Positions 37,101 through 44,521 of a DNA stretch of 64,000 nucleotides are shown in pieces. Location: contig OZ320315.1 in assembly GCA_976226885.1 (NCBI GenBank), positions 56,544,001 to 56,608,000 on the forward strand. The letters are read 5' to 3'. The stretch comes from Iphione sp. A-MEVVRFRX5. Taxonomy: Eukaryota. Position 1 is the stretch's first letter. Each line of letters starts with the position of its first letter. Under the pieces are notes generated by a model. It saw only the letters and a program-made list of their open reading frames with translations, was not told the DNA's origin and searched no databases. The translations under genes were made by a program, and so were the position numbers.

Positions 37101-39785
37101 ACTAGAAGAATAGCCAATTTTAATATATATATACATACTCCACCAGAGTAATGCAGCCATCACCACTTAGATGTATATGATGACCACATAAGTTTAGTGG
37201 GTCTTTCTCGTGTCTGCTGCAAAGCTTAAAAATATCTTAAACCGATACAAAACGATGTTCATCTGACAGTTTTATAGATGCACTAAAGAAAACAGAAACC
37301 ACTGCTTGTATAATTTTTATGGACTACTGCATAATATGATCTACTGATACATGTATATCACTTTTTGGTTATCAGCTAGCACACGAAGCAGGCCTCAAAC
37401 GTGTTCATGGGCTGGCAATTTACCTGGGACTGTGGACGCTAGTTCCATTCAGCACGTTTGCACTCCTACCCAAGCATAAAGTGGTTCCATCCGACTTACA
37501 AGGATCCCTTGACGACAATAGAACGGTAAACCTTGTCCAAGAAGTCAACCGCAAAGACGGTGCATGTGAAACAGTTGTCTCCTCATCTCGTACTGCACGG
37601 GGTGCAATCTGTTCTCTAGTTTACTTTGCATTCGTCATTTGGTTCAGTGTTCTCACAAGCCGTGTCGCTGCATTCATTGGGTTCTTCAATGGCTGGGTGC
37701 GTGAAATCGTGTCTGACAACGCATATAAAGGTAAAAACAATTGTATAACAAGTAATGAAAATGTTATCAATTAGAGAAGTAGTTTGACATAGTTTCCAAA
37801 TTATGTATATACTTAATCAAGATAATACGCAGTCTTGTTGTAATGAGAGCACCATAGACGCTACCATGTCTAACAAGATGACCCAAGATAAAGAGCTGAT
37901 GATCGAAGCTAAGTGCTAAGCTTTACAAACTACTTTTACTTACTTGTCTGGTGTTACTACAGGTCCATGGCTTTTAATGGTACCAATAAAACAAATATCC
38001 AAAGGTCTGTTTATGCTGAAAGCCGGGCCCCTAAAATTATAATTTGCACTAAACCCACCTCTCAGATGAGAACCTCAGATATAACGACTGTCACAACTTT
38101 ATTTCAGTGAGTCACTTTACAACGGTATTCGCCTTGATGCAGCTGCTTGGCATAGTATTCGCTCCCCTGTCAGGTATCCTTATTGATTGGCGAAGACAGC
38201 TTTTGAAAGGTACGTGTTTAAAGAGGCACTGGGGCAGAAATATCTGAAACTAAGCCAGTGTCAGGCCACATCAGTAGTTTTGATTCTATCATGCAACAAT
38301 TTCTTGTTGTGCCATATGATACATCTCTGACCGGGACATGTTTATGTTTGTACAACTCAATTTACCGTATACTTTTCGCTCACAGAGAAATATCCCCATA
38401 CCCCCAGTCAAGCCTTGGCCGCATTACCATCCATCACTATAACTACAATAGCGGCTATCTTGCTGAGTATTCTAGTACTGGTTCCTGTGGAAAACCTTCT
38501 CTACTTTACCCTTATAATATCAGAAGCCTTCAGGTCGTTCCTATTTGCCACAGCTGTGGCGTTCATCGAGTTGTGGTAAGTAACGCTTCTAATAAGGGTG
38601 ATATTACACCAGTGTGCGGTATGAGCCTCTGGGTTTCAGAGAGGGCAACCTAGATTTAGAAAGGTTAAAGAAGCAGCAAAGAACACATAATGTTTCCCTG
38701 TAAAATACGTATTACAGATATACATTTATTACTCTCGTAAAGAATGTAAAGAAATGTACTTCTTTTTGATGCTTTATGATAACATTTATGAATGTCCAAG
38801 AGCTGCCTTGTAGTGTTTTAGAGGTGGTAAATCATTACCATGGGACTAATTCCAAATAGGAATGTCCTTGTACCACCTTTAGTATCATTGCTAAGGTCAT
38901 AATGGCTTTGTAAGGGTCCTTAAATACATCTGCCTGTAAAACAGAACGAGGCAGTGATCTACCTTCTGACATAGTGTTTATGGTGTATGGTAGATAGTAG
39001 TAGGGGTTCAGTTTTTGAAGGCACCACTAGTCACCGTGATACCAGTTGAACTGTTAATCTTGCAAATATATGTATTTTTCATTCTTCTCTGCCGTCCCAT
39101 TTCTTATTCTAAAATCAAACCAGCTTATCAATACATGTACTTACAAGATTGACCTTTGTTCCTGCCATAGTGCTGCTTGGTGTTGATCACCTACGCTATG
39201 TCATGTCATGTCTGGGCACATACTTAAACAATAAGCTACTTATTCCTGGTTCATTACTTACACGAACTTTCTTTTGGGATAGTGATACATGCACATGCAA
39301 AAGTGGGGAAGATTTAGCAGGTACAGATATTTAACTTTCCCATGGTCATCAACTGCTTGCATTCTATCCAATTTCTTGCGGTGGATCTAATACTAGGTAT
39401 TTTTATGCAGCTTTCCCTCAGAACATTATGGCGTTTTATTTGGGATAGCCTACGCAGTTCAGGGGCTTGCATCATTCATTCACTTTCCCTATACAGCTTG
39501 GGTACAGACAACAGGACTTTTTCAGGTAACAATAAAATGCATTTTTGTATTACCTTCATTTGAAATTTGCACCTGCATGACATTTTCAAGATTATTGGAA
39601 TGGTTTCATGATAAATAGGCAAGTTTATTTCCGTCCACCCGCGTACTAACAGGCACATTTGATCTGATTGAACTTTTCTGTACTTCCCATAGGTCAACGT
39701 ATTTTTGTTGGGAACAACCATCGCAATGCTTCTAGTGCCACTAGTTATTCTTCTCAAACACAGGAAATCCGCCCGGTCCCTCTAA
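4022..39785 (+). CDS. SLC43A3: SLC43-family MFS solute carrier (SLC43A3/ENBT1-like; LAT3/LAT4 family), 10 coding exons, 529 aa
   Basis: join(4022..4111,9243..9667,10230..10279,11544..11620,11841..11933,37376..37730,38108..38209,38386..38575,39411..39525,39693..39785) = 1590 nt. All exon phases are compatible and the frame is open to TAA. Family motifs: LECVLFGGALFGWASL, CPEQDARLTQAFTVG, PLGWLFDRFG, RTSTFVTLYNGG, APLSGILIDW, FPSEHYGVLFG, VNVFLL. Orthology within SLC43 is not established. Confidence 0.9.
5400..7200 (-). mobile_element. Degenerate CR1/L2-group LINE ORF2 remnant in intron 1
   Basis: RT motifs VTYDLTKAFN and PYGVTQGS, and a C-terminal LPQQVRIKLFDALVVP segment; many stops and frameshifts. 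Boundaries approximate. Confidence 0.7.
7720..7894. mobile_element. Tc1/pogo-type MITE, 175 bp
   Basis: TIRs cagtgaaacctctctactatggac / gtccttagtagaggggttccactt, flanked by TA on both sides. Confidence 0.75.
9243..9667 (+). CDS. SLC43A3: SLC43A3-like exon 2 (TM1, ectoloop, TM2)
   Basis: Acceptor tcttttcag|cag, donor TG|GTAAGT; contains LECVLFGGALFGWASL and PLGWLFDRFGLRVVR. Confidence 0.93.
10230..10279 (+). CDS. SLC43A3: SLC43A3-like exon 3 (LLALLGYLLIAFARKG)
   Basis: Acceptor gatttcag|G; hydrophobic helix; the only phase-compatible donor is G|GCTAGT (GC). Confidence 0.8.
11544..11620 (+). CDS. SLC43A3: SLC43A3-like exon 4 (ALSWAIYPG...IMTNCH)
   Basis: Acceptor actttcag|CA, donor CAT|GTAAGT; aligns by eye with the family segment ending in TNxQ. 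Confidence 0.85.
11841..11933 (+). CDS. SLC43A3: SLC43A3-like exon 5 (ICLLAGSRTSTFVTLYNGGLNVSTIVYLLLK)
   Basis: Matches the RSTIITLYNGAFDSS..VFLIIK family motif; AAG acceptor; donor AAG|GTAAAG. Confidence 0.88.
12858..13045. repeat. ~31-bp degenerate minisatellite, about 6 units
   Basis: Recurring aaaactgg(t/g)..at(g/t)tcact..aaaagtat. Confidence 0.7.
13612..13729. repeat. Fold-back inverted repeat (41-bp arms, 36-nt GC-rich spacer)
   Basis: Arms 13612-13652 and 13689-13729 are reverse complements with 1 mismatch. Confidence 0.9.
13795..15354 (-). mobile_element. 5'-truncated L2/CR1-group LINE (RT C-terminal half, 3' UTR, microsatellite tail)
   Basis: Open frame 15354-14545 with VMYADDIT and LLGFWIDGKL. 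On the minus strand, AATAAA plus an (ATTGT)n tail at about 13800-13830; assigning this tail to the element is inferred. Confidence 0.8.
15486..16180. mobile_element. MITE with internal ~30-bp and ~80-bp tandem repeats (TA|CAGT...ACTG|TA), copy 1
   Basis: TA-flanked CAGT/ACTG ends; internal (aaaagtgctgaatttaa..agttagagtcct)n; shares the core aattagctgtcctgattggagat...caaatcgtctgcatttg with copies at 54560, 54985 and 62153. Confidence 0.75.
16900..18738 (-). mobile_element. Old degenerate L2/Crack-type LINE ORF2, 3' part (split by the Gypsy insertion)
   Basis: Remnant motifs NYINTYFTSIV, KHGFRQG, KAFDSIDHNI and GVSQGSILGPSLFSIFIDD; many stops. Confidence 0.7.
18739..18939 (-). repeat. Gypsy 3' LTR
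   Basis: tgtacacc...cttaca; aligns with 35715-35914 (about 31 substitutions and 1 indel by manual count); adjacent to the PPT. Confidence 0.9.
18940..18952 (-). other. Polypurine tract (agtgggggacag) upstream of the 3' LTR
   Basis: Purine-rich run abutting the LTR on the minus strand. Confidence 0.7.
20500..20800 (-). pseudogene. C2H2 zinc-finger remnant in the Gypsy 3' extra region (between integrase and 3' LTR)
   Basis: HSCNLCSYSTDRPGNLCQHMVKH, then after a frameshift C..C..VFHCKDDFRQHLKAQH. Confidence 0.7.
21480..23759 (-). pseudogene. Gypsy pol remnant: RT C-terminus, RNase H, integrase
   Basis: LRQAGLKIKPQKC..YLGH; DTDASTTGIGVVLSQ; QKELLAVVFG; QTDY; H..H..C..C zinc motif; AVDVCGP; LHSDEGRNF; YHPQSDGVVERFN; GPW. 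Many stops and frameshifts. Confidence 0.93.
24215..27025 (-). pseudogene. LINE ORF2 (APE endonuclease plus reverse transcriptase), 936 codons with one in-frame TGA at 25459-25457
   Basis: YINIRS, IGETWL, KGGGLLIYV, CVYRPP, GDFN, IDL, SDH; YRPISLL, QFGFR, DFSKAFD, GVPQGSILGP, YADD, YLGI. The two ORF-track pieces are in the same frame: KVVE*IINNRITRYLES. Confidence 0.95.
27563..27582. promoter_or_regulatory. Two GTCACGTG E-box motifs in the left subterminal region of the piggyBac
   Basis: At 27563-27570 and 27575-27582, about 200 bp upstream of the cargo ATG. Confidence 0.4.
27774..28887 (+). CDS. Spliced cargo gene inside the piggyBac, ~130 aa, P2X7 C-terminal ('ballast')-like signature, basic C-terminus
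   Basis: join(27774..27846,28079..28115,28384..28471,28563..28691,28822..28887) = 393 nt, all GT-AG and in phase; ...KKTVYRRLWVAVKFGGQLGGG..FNFPPELRAAIRACYADGQGGAY...PPRKKTK then stop. The last three exons are well supported; the first two are tentative. Confidence 0.65.
30875..30931 (+). repeat. Partial tRNA-like (SINE-head-like) sequence in transposase intron 2
   Basis: A box TAGTCCAGTGG and a degenerate B box; near-copy of 31222-31290. Confidence 0.55.
31222..31304 (+). repeat. tRNA-like Pol III-type unit (A box, B box, oligo-T) in transposase intron 1
   Basis: TAGTCCAGTGG, GGTTCGAATCC, then a T run at about 31295-31304. The cloverleaf is defective, so it is not a functional tRNA. Confidence 0.6.
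31715..31913. promoter_or_regulatory. Two perfect GTCACGTGAC palindromes upstream of the transposase ATG
   Basis: At 31715-31724 and 31904-31913. Confidence 0.45.
32294..32446 (-). CDS. Putative 50-aa single-TM micro-ORF in the LINE spacer
   Basis: MAFYYLITLLIIELIIVSVVLCINCCGRVK...; strong Kozak context (accactATGG); starts just downstream of a spacer-motif copy. Could be a chance ORF in AT-rich DNA. Confidence 0.3.
   Translation of the reverse strand: MAFYYLITLLIIELIIVSVVLCINCCGRVKMYNVCSQVINLRVVYHGDLF
32839..33519 (-). pseudogene. SGNH/GDSL-type esterase ORF (226 codons, one in-frame TGA at 33213-33211)
   Basis: Block I ILTSSHGRGL, block II VYPGAT, block III LVGTNNL, block V DGCHL. The two ORF-track pieces are in frame: YRYA*FRIQRRYPSSTIMLATI. 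Confidence 0.8.
33562..35112 (-). CDS. LINE ORF1, 516 aa: coiled coil, RRM-like/CTD region and C-terminal NADAR (YbiA-like) domain
   Basis: Heptad region, TLLIDG...DIDTAFRI...PILIKF...IWINQD (ORF1 RRM/CTD pattern). Residues ~314-461: PLSNLYP, DGHTFDSSEQRYQWLKA, AWE..K...LRCKF, LQSTGNDILIEAS, FWGAG, GKNHLGKMLEQIRNEL. Confidence 0.9.
   Translation of the reverse strand: MAGALVNPPVSPNMDRSEGIPPKLNQSSILEYLNNTEVPGQSAKRDSIRKKANSSTTEEEMILTGEIGPENFQLLLKEVRGIKSSLNARLDVFESKMDSSLNKVKDINTKVEGKKKEINALKSDIARLTNENNSLRAEMKRLNDISGSSCVANLRADMDKWNRRKTLLIDGSGLQARTDISQQVIEIASKIGVTIKEDDIDTAFRIKRAGPMPLGPILIKFVRQSTVEALLRNRRLLKGSNIWINQDEAPSTRRKKSELGWVKRYVKRHSPTTSIKLSGESIVIDGKAYTTDTISTAPPSLKLYESSHIRDAGRLFFAFSVSPLSNLYPVKMETDGHTFDSSEQRYQWLKAKAANNPKLAEEILKVKNIDDLLSLKARIPPSAAWETGKTEAMLTTLRCKFAPGSWLAIYLQSTGNDILIEASRSTFWGAGQNLGSKELLEGSFTGKNHLGKMLEQIRNELAALSPPMLQPDNSAESATVSECTRTTDTPEVPSPKTTTSDCMVGSPFTKTVAEKQ
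35240..35690 (-). pseudogene. Gypsy leader / gag N-terminal remnant
   Basis: Lies between the PBS and the LINE junction; GC-rich, CpG-poor, acidic low-complexity frames. Assigned by position only. Confidence 0.45.
35695..35712 (-). other. Primer-binding site, tRNA-Leu type (TGGTGGCAGCAGTGGGAT)
   Basis: 2 nt from the 5' LTR; complementary to the tRNA-Leu 3' end ...AUCCCACCGCUGCCACCA except one CpG-type mismatch. Confidence 0.8.
35715..35914 (-). repeat. Gypsy 5' LTR
   Basis: Partner of 18739-18939; followed on the minus strand by the PBS. Confidence 0.9.
35915..36650 (-). mobile_element. Old degenerate L2/Crack-type LINE ORF2, 5' part (end of APE domain and linker)
   Basis: QQVQEPTRKRKNGASTIDLTF...SDRNLI (APE C-terminus) and PMRFWEG. 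Reads on into 18738 across the Gypsy element. Confidence 0.65.
37376..37730 (+). CDS. SLC43A3: SLC43A3-like exon 6
   Basis: Acceptor ttatcag|CTA; LAHEAG...TFALLPKHKV...ICSLVYFAFVIWFSVL...FIGFFNGW; donor AAG|GTAAAA. Confidence 0.88.
38108..38209 (+). CDS. SLC43A3: SLC43A3-like exon 7
   Basis: VSHFTTVFALMQLLGIVFAPLSGILIDWRRQLLK; canonical AG/GT; phase 1 to phase 1. Confidence 0.9.
38386..38575 (+). CDS. SLC43A3: SLC43A3-like exon 8
   Basis: ...ILVLVPVENLLYFTLIISEAFRSFLFATAVAFIEL; acceptor cacag|AG, donor TG|GTAAGT. Confidence 0.9.
39411..39525 (+). CDS. SLC43A3: SLC43A3-like exon 9
   Basis: FPSEHYGVLFGIAYAVQGLASFIHFP; acceptor ttatgcag|C, donor CAG|GTAACA. Confidence 0.92.
39693..39785 (+). 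CDS. SLC43A3: SLC43A3-like exon 10 (terminal)
   Basis: Acceptor ttcccatag|GTC; VNVFLLGTTIAMLLVPLVILLKHRKSARSL followed by stop. Confidence 0.88.
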   Translation, partial: VNVFLLGTTIAMLLVPLVILLKHRKSARSL

Positions 39786-40355
39786 CGCGACTAAGTATGG
39801 AAAGGATATCATTAAAAATTTAAGTTCAAGAATCCCTCTCCACCGTGTGTATCATATGGAGTCGTGAACGTAACATATTAATAGCTGTTCTGAGGACCTG
39901 AAGCTGAATTTAGCTAGCTGGTTTTGTTTTCGTTGCAGATGTTTTATTTAAGTTTGTTAATTATGCATAATACAGCTAGGTTACTGCTTTGCAATGATAT
40001 TGGCAGTATTTTGTGATGACTAAAATTGTATAGCGTAACACCAACAACAACATGTTAGAAATACCCCTTATGCTTGATGCATTCCGAATGTGTCGCTGAT
40101 ATTGCATCTTCAGCATCCCCATCGTTTGCATTATTAGTTAAAACCTATTTAAATTATACTGCATTTGTTATGAACATAGTCATTAATATCAGTAGTTTCC
40201 CAGGATAAATACCTTTATTGAGGAGGGTGGGAGGAGAATCAAAGGAAAATAAAATTGTGGCACAAAATTACCTGTAACTAAAAACGGGAAAATCCTTAGA
40301 AAAGGCCTTGTGACGGAGATACCGGGGTATCGCGGTCCTTGAACGATAATGGAAG

Positions 40356-40380
40356 TATATATATATATATATATATATAT
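40356..40380. repeat. (TA)n microsatellite
   Basis: About 12 TA units. Confidence 0.85.
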
Positions 40381-41134
40381 GTCGTTTTCTTCATAGAGAT
40401 AACATGTGGATCATACTATCCACCATAGAAGTAGAGTGAAGCGGGCACACTAATGTTCCCTTTCCGGAAAATGGTTTTCGATGGATATTTCTGAGAAATA
40501 AGGCCAGGAGAGAAAGAATATTTGAATGTTACCACTGTTATGCTGTCATGTTTATTCAACCTGGACAACATTTAACCGGAAGATTGGCCCCCGATGGTGT
40601 ACAAGATACCGTACTGAAACAGACGCTGTGTACACCTGACATCTGATAGATGCCTTTTAAACTACGCTGTAGTATTCAAATATATTTTTCTTTGAGGACT
40701 ATTGTAACCACTTTAAAACATTTAAAGCATGCATGTTCATGTAATGTATGCATGTTTTCCAAACGTATTGGATTATCCCGAATGAAGATGTGCTTGTATT
40801 CACACAAAGGAATAAAAAGAGATTTGAGAAGGCTGTTCTCGTGTGAGATTTCCAATACTAGGAAGCAATGAATATATTCAAACAACCTCTCAAATCACTG
40901 ACATCAAATTTCGAAGTAACCAACTTTTAGGCCCGGTTTCCATAACTGCATTTGTCTGTGGGAAACTGTCCCAGACATTCATGCACAAGGATGTCTACTG
41001 TGCTTGTGTTTTGTTACGCTTTATTAGTGCAATGTACAGGGGAGGAATGCGTGTGAACTTATGTTAGATTATGTAAAAATATCCCAGCCAATTAGCTGGG
41101 AAATTGGAGGGGAACATCTCCTAAAAAGTGAATA

Positions 41135-41300
41135 TTTGACTAGTAAATGTCTGATTAGTGGTAATTAGATGCAAAATGTCCTAATTAGTAGCAAATTAGA
41201 TGCAAATGTCCTAACTGGTAGCAAATTTCATGAGTAAATGCCCTAAGACAGACAAATTTGACAAGTAAACATCTGATTTGCATTGAAGTTGATGAAAACA
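41135..41300. repeat. Degenerate ~30-bp tandem repeat related to the MITE internal repeat
   Basis: Recurring aaatt(a/t)ga..(g/a)taaatgtc(c/t). Confidence 0.5.
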
Positions 41301-43053
41301 GAATTATTTGGTAATCATGTTTTTAGCCGATCTGACATATGTTAGATGCATATTCTTGTTGCCTGCTAACCACTTTTCTTATATCCTACTTGTGAGTTTA
41401 CATGCATTTCGGATGCATTATGTGAGCTTATCAAGTATTATCTGAAAACAAAAATGCATCCACATCCATACACGCATATATACAACACAACACAGGTATG
41501 AAAACACAGGTATATCCATTGCTTATTACCTGTGAGTAAAAAATACAAGGCAATGCATATGTACTGCACATGCAATGCATAAATACTGCATTCGCACACA
41601 TGTATGCATACATGGGTATGGAAACTAGGCCTAAGCACCTACTTCAATCAGCAACCAGCTTAAGTTTTACTTAAAATTTTCTTTAAAAGACCACTGAAGC
41701 TTTGCTTAGTATTTTATCAATGACGTGCTAATCAGGTTATCGAACACACTCAACACAACAGGGCGAAGTGATTTTCAGTTGTTTTGATATACCCACCGTT
41801 TCAGACATTACATATGCCTTCTTCAAGGTTTCGTTTATTTATCAATGATATTTTATTGCTACTCTCCTGAAACGCCTATTTGTTGAAAATGATTTAAATA
41901 TACATGTTGAAACCTGCATAAGATACCAGCTTGAGACTGGCTAATTTTGGTCTCCCCTGTGGTTTGGTCTCATTGGACATACTCTACAAAGAGGAAAATG
42001 AATCATTTGTCCTCAGATATCTGTGTCTCCACTGGTTTGGTCTGCCCTGTGATTTAGTTTTTGACCATGTCTCCAATACAATATTTCCAATGGGATGTGT
42101 GAACAAAACACATGTGTATAGTGGATCAGGCCCCAGTACAAATGAGAGAATTAACGTATGGTCAACATCTTTGGGTGACTGAGATTTTTCATAAATGTTG
42201 CAATCAACTGGTAAGGTTGCTTTACTGTAGACCAAAAAAAACGACAGACAAAAATACTCGACCTGCGCCCCTTGTTGTACCCTGCCAATATAAAACATGC
42301 ACAAAGAACAATTCTATTCTTAACCGTAATTAACATGATCATTGGCAATAGATCCCTTCCGTGGAATGCCCTCCAAGAGGGTCATCTTCAAGTGGGATAC
42401 ACCTAAAATTGGGACCATTCTGGAAGGAATGTAATAAATTTCTATACTTTTTGTAGTGTGCGATAGAAAGGCCCTCAAATGTAACTTATGTCAGAAGGGC
42501 AGCAATTGGAGAAGGTGTGACAAAGGACGTGTCGGTATATCAAAGCATATCAAAGTTTGATTTTTTGGTCAAATCTTTAAACGCATATCGTGTTGGTCCG
42601 GCGACTCCAGGCATGTGGGCAGCTCCTTGCGCGGCAAAGTGTCGCACTGTCATATTTGTGTGAATCTGTTTCCTTTAAAGGCCTCGAAGTGAGCCCTCTT
42701 GAAACTGAAAAAGTGCATCCCGCTCTTTTAATTGTACAACTTTTCTCGGCTGTGTCTTAAATCTGTATATATTCCTGTTACATCTACATTGTGTATGTAT
42801 GTATAATAGAAGCTTTGGTAGAACGTCGATACAGCGACACGTGTCACGCAGGAATATGTGGGAAAAGTACCAACGGTGTCGCAATTGGAGATCATGTTCC
42901 AATGCACATTGAGAAAGTGAGGTCCAGAAGGCAGATATCTATGTAAGATATAAACGAAGAAAAACGCAAACATGTAATACAAAGTCCAGGCAGTCGTACT
43001 ATAAGTACTAGTCATTTTAAAAGACACCTCTTGCTTGAACAAGATCCCTGATG

Positions 43054-43403
43054 CATGCCCGTAGCCAGGAATGCTTGTGGGGGGTATCTAAAATTAGAGA
43101 GGTGGAACAATATATTTCATAACATTTCTTCACCTTTCTTTACATCTTCTCACTCTGCCTCACTTCTTCTGGCCTTTGTGGGGGGTATGCAACCATATCT
43201 GAAATTAGAGAGTTGGAGCTCCTGGAGAGCAATCAATATATTTCCCTATATTTGCTCACTTTTTCTCATTTCTTCTGGCCTTTGTGGGAGGTATGGGACA
43301 ATATCCCTGATACCCCCTTGACTATAGGCCTGGAGAGATGGAACTCCTGGCTTGTGTGGGGGTATCGGACGATACCCCCGATACCCCTTTGGCTACAGAC
43401 CTG
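43054..43403. mobile_element. hAT-like MITE, 350 bp, with internal ~120-bp duplications
   Basis: 13-bp imperfect TIRs catgcccgtagcc / ggctacagacctg; CTGATG directly flanks both ends (43048-43053, 43404-43409). Confidence 0.65.
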
Positions 43404-43585
43404 CTGATGTGTATGCAAGCAAAAGGATAACTATGATAATCGATTGCTAAAAACTGCTCAACTATCTTACGCTACTGACGTGGTTTTTATGTTATGTCTG
43501 CTACGGATTATTATGGTCCATAATTTCTTAGTATCTCATAGAATCAAGACGTCCATGTTTCGCTGAAATAACAGACCAGTCAACC

Positions 43586-44521
43586 TTAGGGCTTCTTATG
43601 GCTCTGGAGGGTCATCCTGTTGCCTATTACGAAGGATTCCGATGCTTTCGTTCTTTTGGTTGTTGCTTTTGGGAGTCCGCTCCATGTCTTCGTGCTCTTA
43701 GAACCGAAGAGCGAGCGACGGCGACCCCAGTTGTAATTCTTCACAAGGTCGCTGTAGTTGTGTTCAATCTCGCCGCGAGGCGTTACTGTGCCTTGTAAAG
43801 GATTCAAAACGCGGCTACTATTAACACAGGGACGTCCTCCACAGATGCCACGCATTGGTTTACGAATAACTTTCCTACTTCCAGTACTCGCCTCATTCCT
43901 AGGATAGGATTTGACAAGACCTGGCAATTTTAATCTGGGAAGGCGAATGTTTGGTGCTGAGGCACTAGTTGGTGCTGGTCGGTGCAATTCTTCACCAACA
44001 TCCATGCCCCTGTATGTTGCACTGCTTGAAGGCCATTGCAGACCGTGGTCAGTGGAAAGATGACCGCGATGGATAGTTTTCTCCTTGAGACTTGGCAGCC
44101 GGTGACTATACTGCGGGCGCACTTTTGTCACTTTCCTATAATCAGTGTAAGGATTTACCAACTTTGGTAGAATATTTTTGTCTTGGCGCACAGGTTCAGT
44201 ATCAGAAGGACAGGGATCACTTTCTCCAGCTGCTCCTGCGCCGCTCAGCCGCCGCTTGTCGTCTTTGTTACCCTCGGTTAGTCGCTGTAACTTGTCTAGA
44301 TGATGCTCCAATCTTTCCCTCGCACTGTCAGCTTCCACTTTTGCCGTGCAACGTTCCTTCTCAAGACAATAAGTATACTTCTGAAGCTTCCTTCCCTCTT
44401 GTGCATTGGATCTCAGCCACTGACCTCTGGCTTTTGTACTCGACAGCCAACTCTGCTGATCGGTCTTATCAATCAGATCCACTGGGTGGAAGTTAGGCTG
44501 AAATTCGTACGATTTGTCCAT
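43586..44521 (-). CDS. Uncharacterised 311-aa protein: N-terminal coiled coil, then a basic Ser/Pro/Arg-rich disordered tail
   Basis: Long uninterrupted ORF in non-TE sequence; probable 5' UTR intron (donor GAG|GTAAGT at 44855, acceptor near 44536). The coiled segment EGRKLQKYTYCLEKER...LDKLQ loosely recalls CCDC190-like proteins (unverified). Confidence 0.75.
   Translation of the reverse strand: MDKSYEFQPNFHPVDLIDKTDQQSWLSSTKARGQWLRSNAQEGRKLQKYTYCLEKERCTAKVEADSARERLEHHLDKLQRLTEGNKDDKRRLSGAGAAGESDPCPSDTEPVRQDKNILPKLVNPYTDYRKVTKVRPQYSHRLPSLKEKTIHRGHLSTDHGLQWPSSSATYRGMDVGEELHRPAPTSASAPNIRLPRLKLPGLVKSYPRNEASTGSRKVIRKPMRGICGGRPCVNSSRVLNPLQGTVTPRGEIEHNYSDLVKNYNWGRRRSLFGSKSTKTWSGLPKATTKRTKASESFVIGNRMTLQSHKKP

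Noticed and set aside
37913-38110. Hydrophobic ORFs at 37913 and 39149 as extra SLC43 exons
   Set aside because: The 10-exon model is already phase-complete and family-colinear without them, and they lack suitable splice sites.
42800-42902. HIFLRDTCRC as a gamma-butyrobetaine dioxygenase N-terminal zinc motif
   Set aside because: The second Cys pair and downstream similarity are missing; there is no ATG or clear exon structure.
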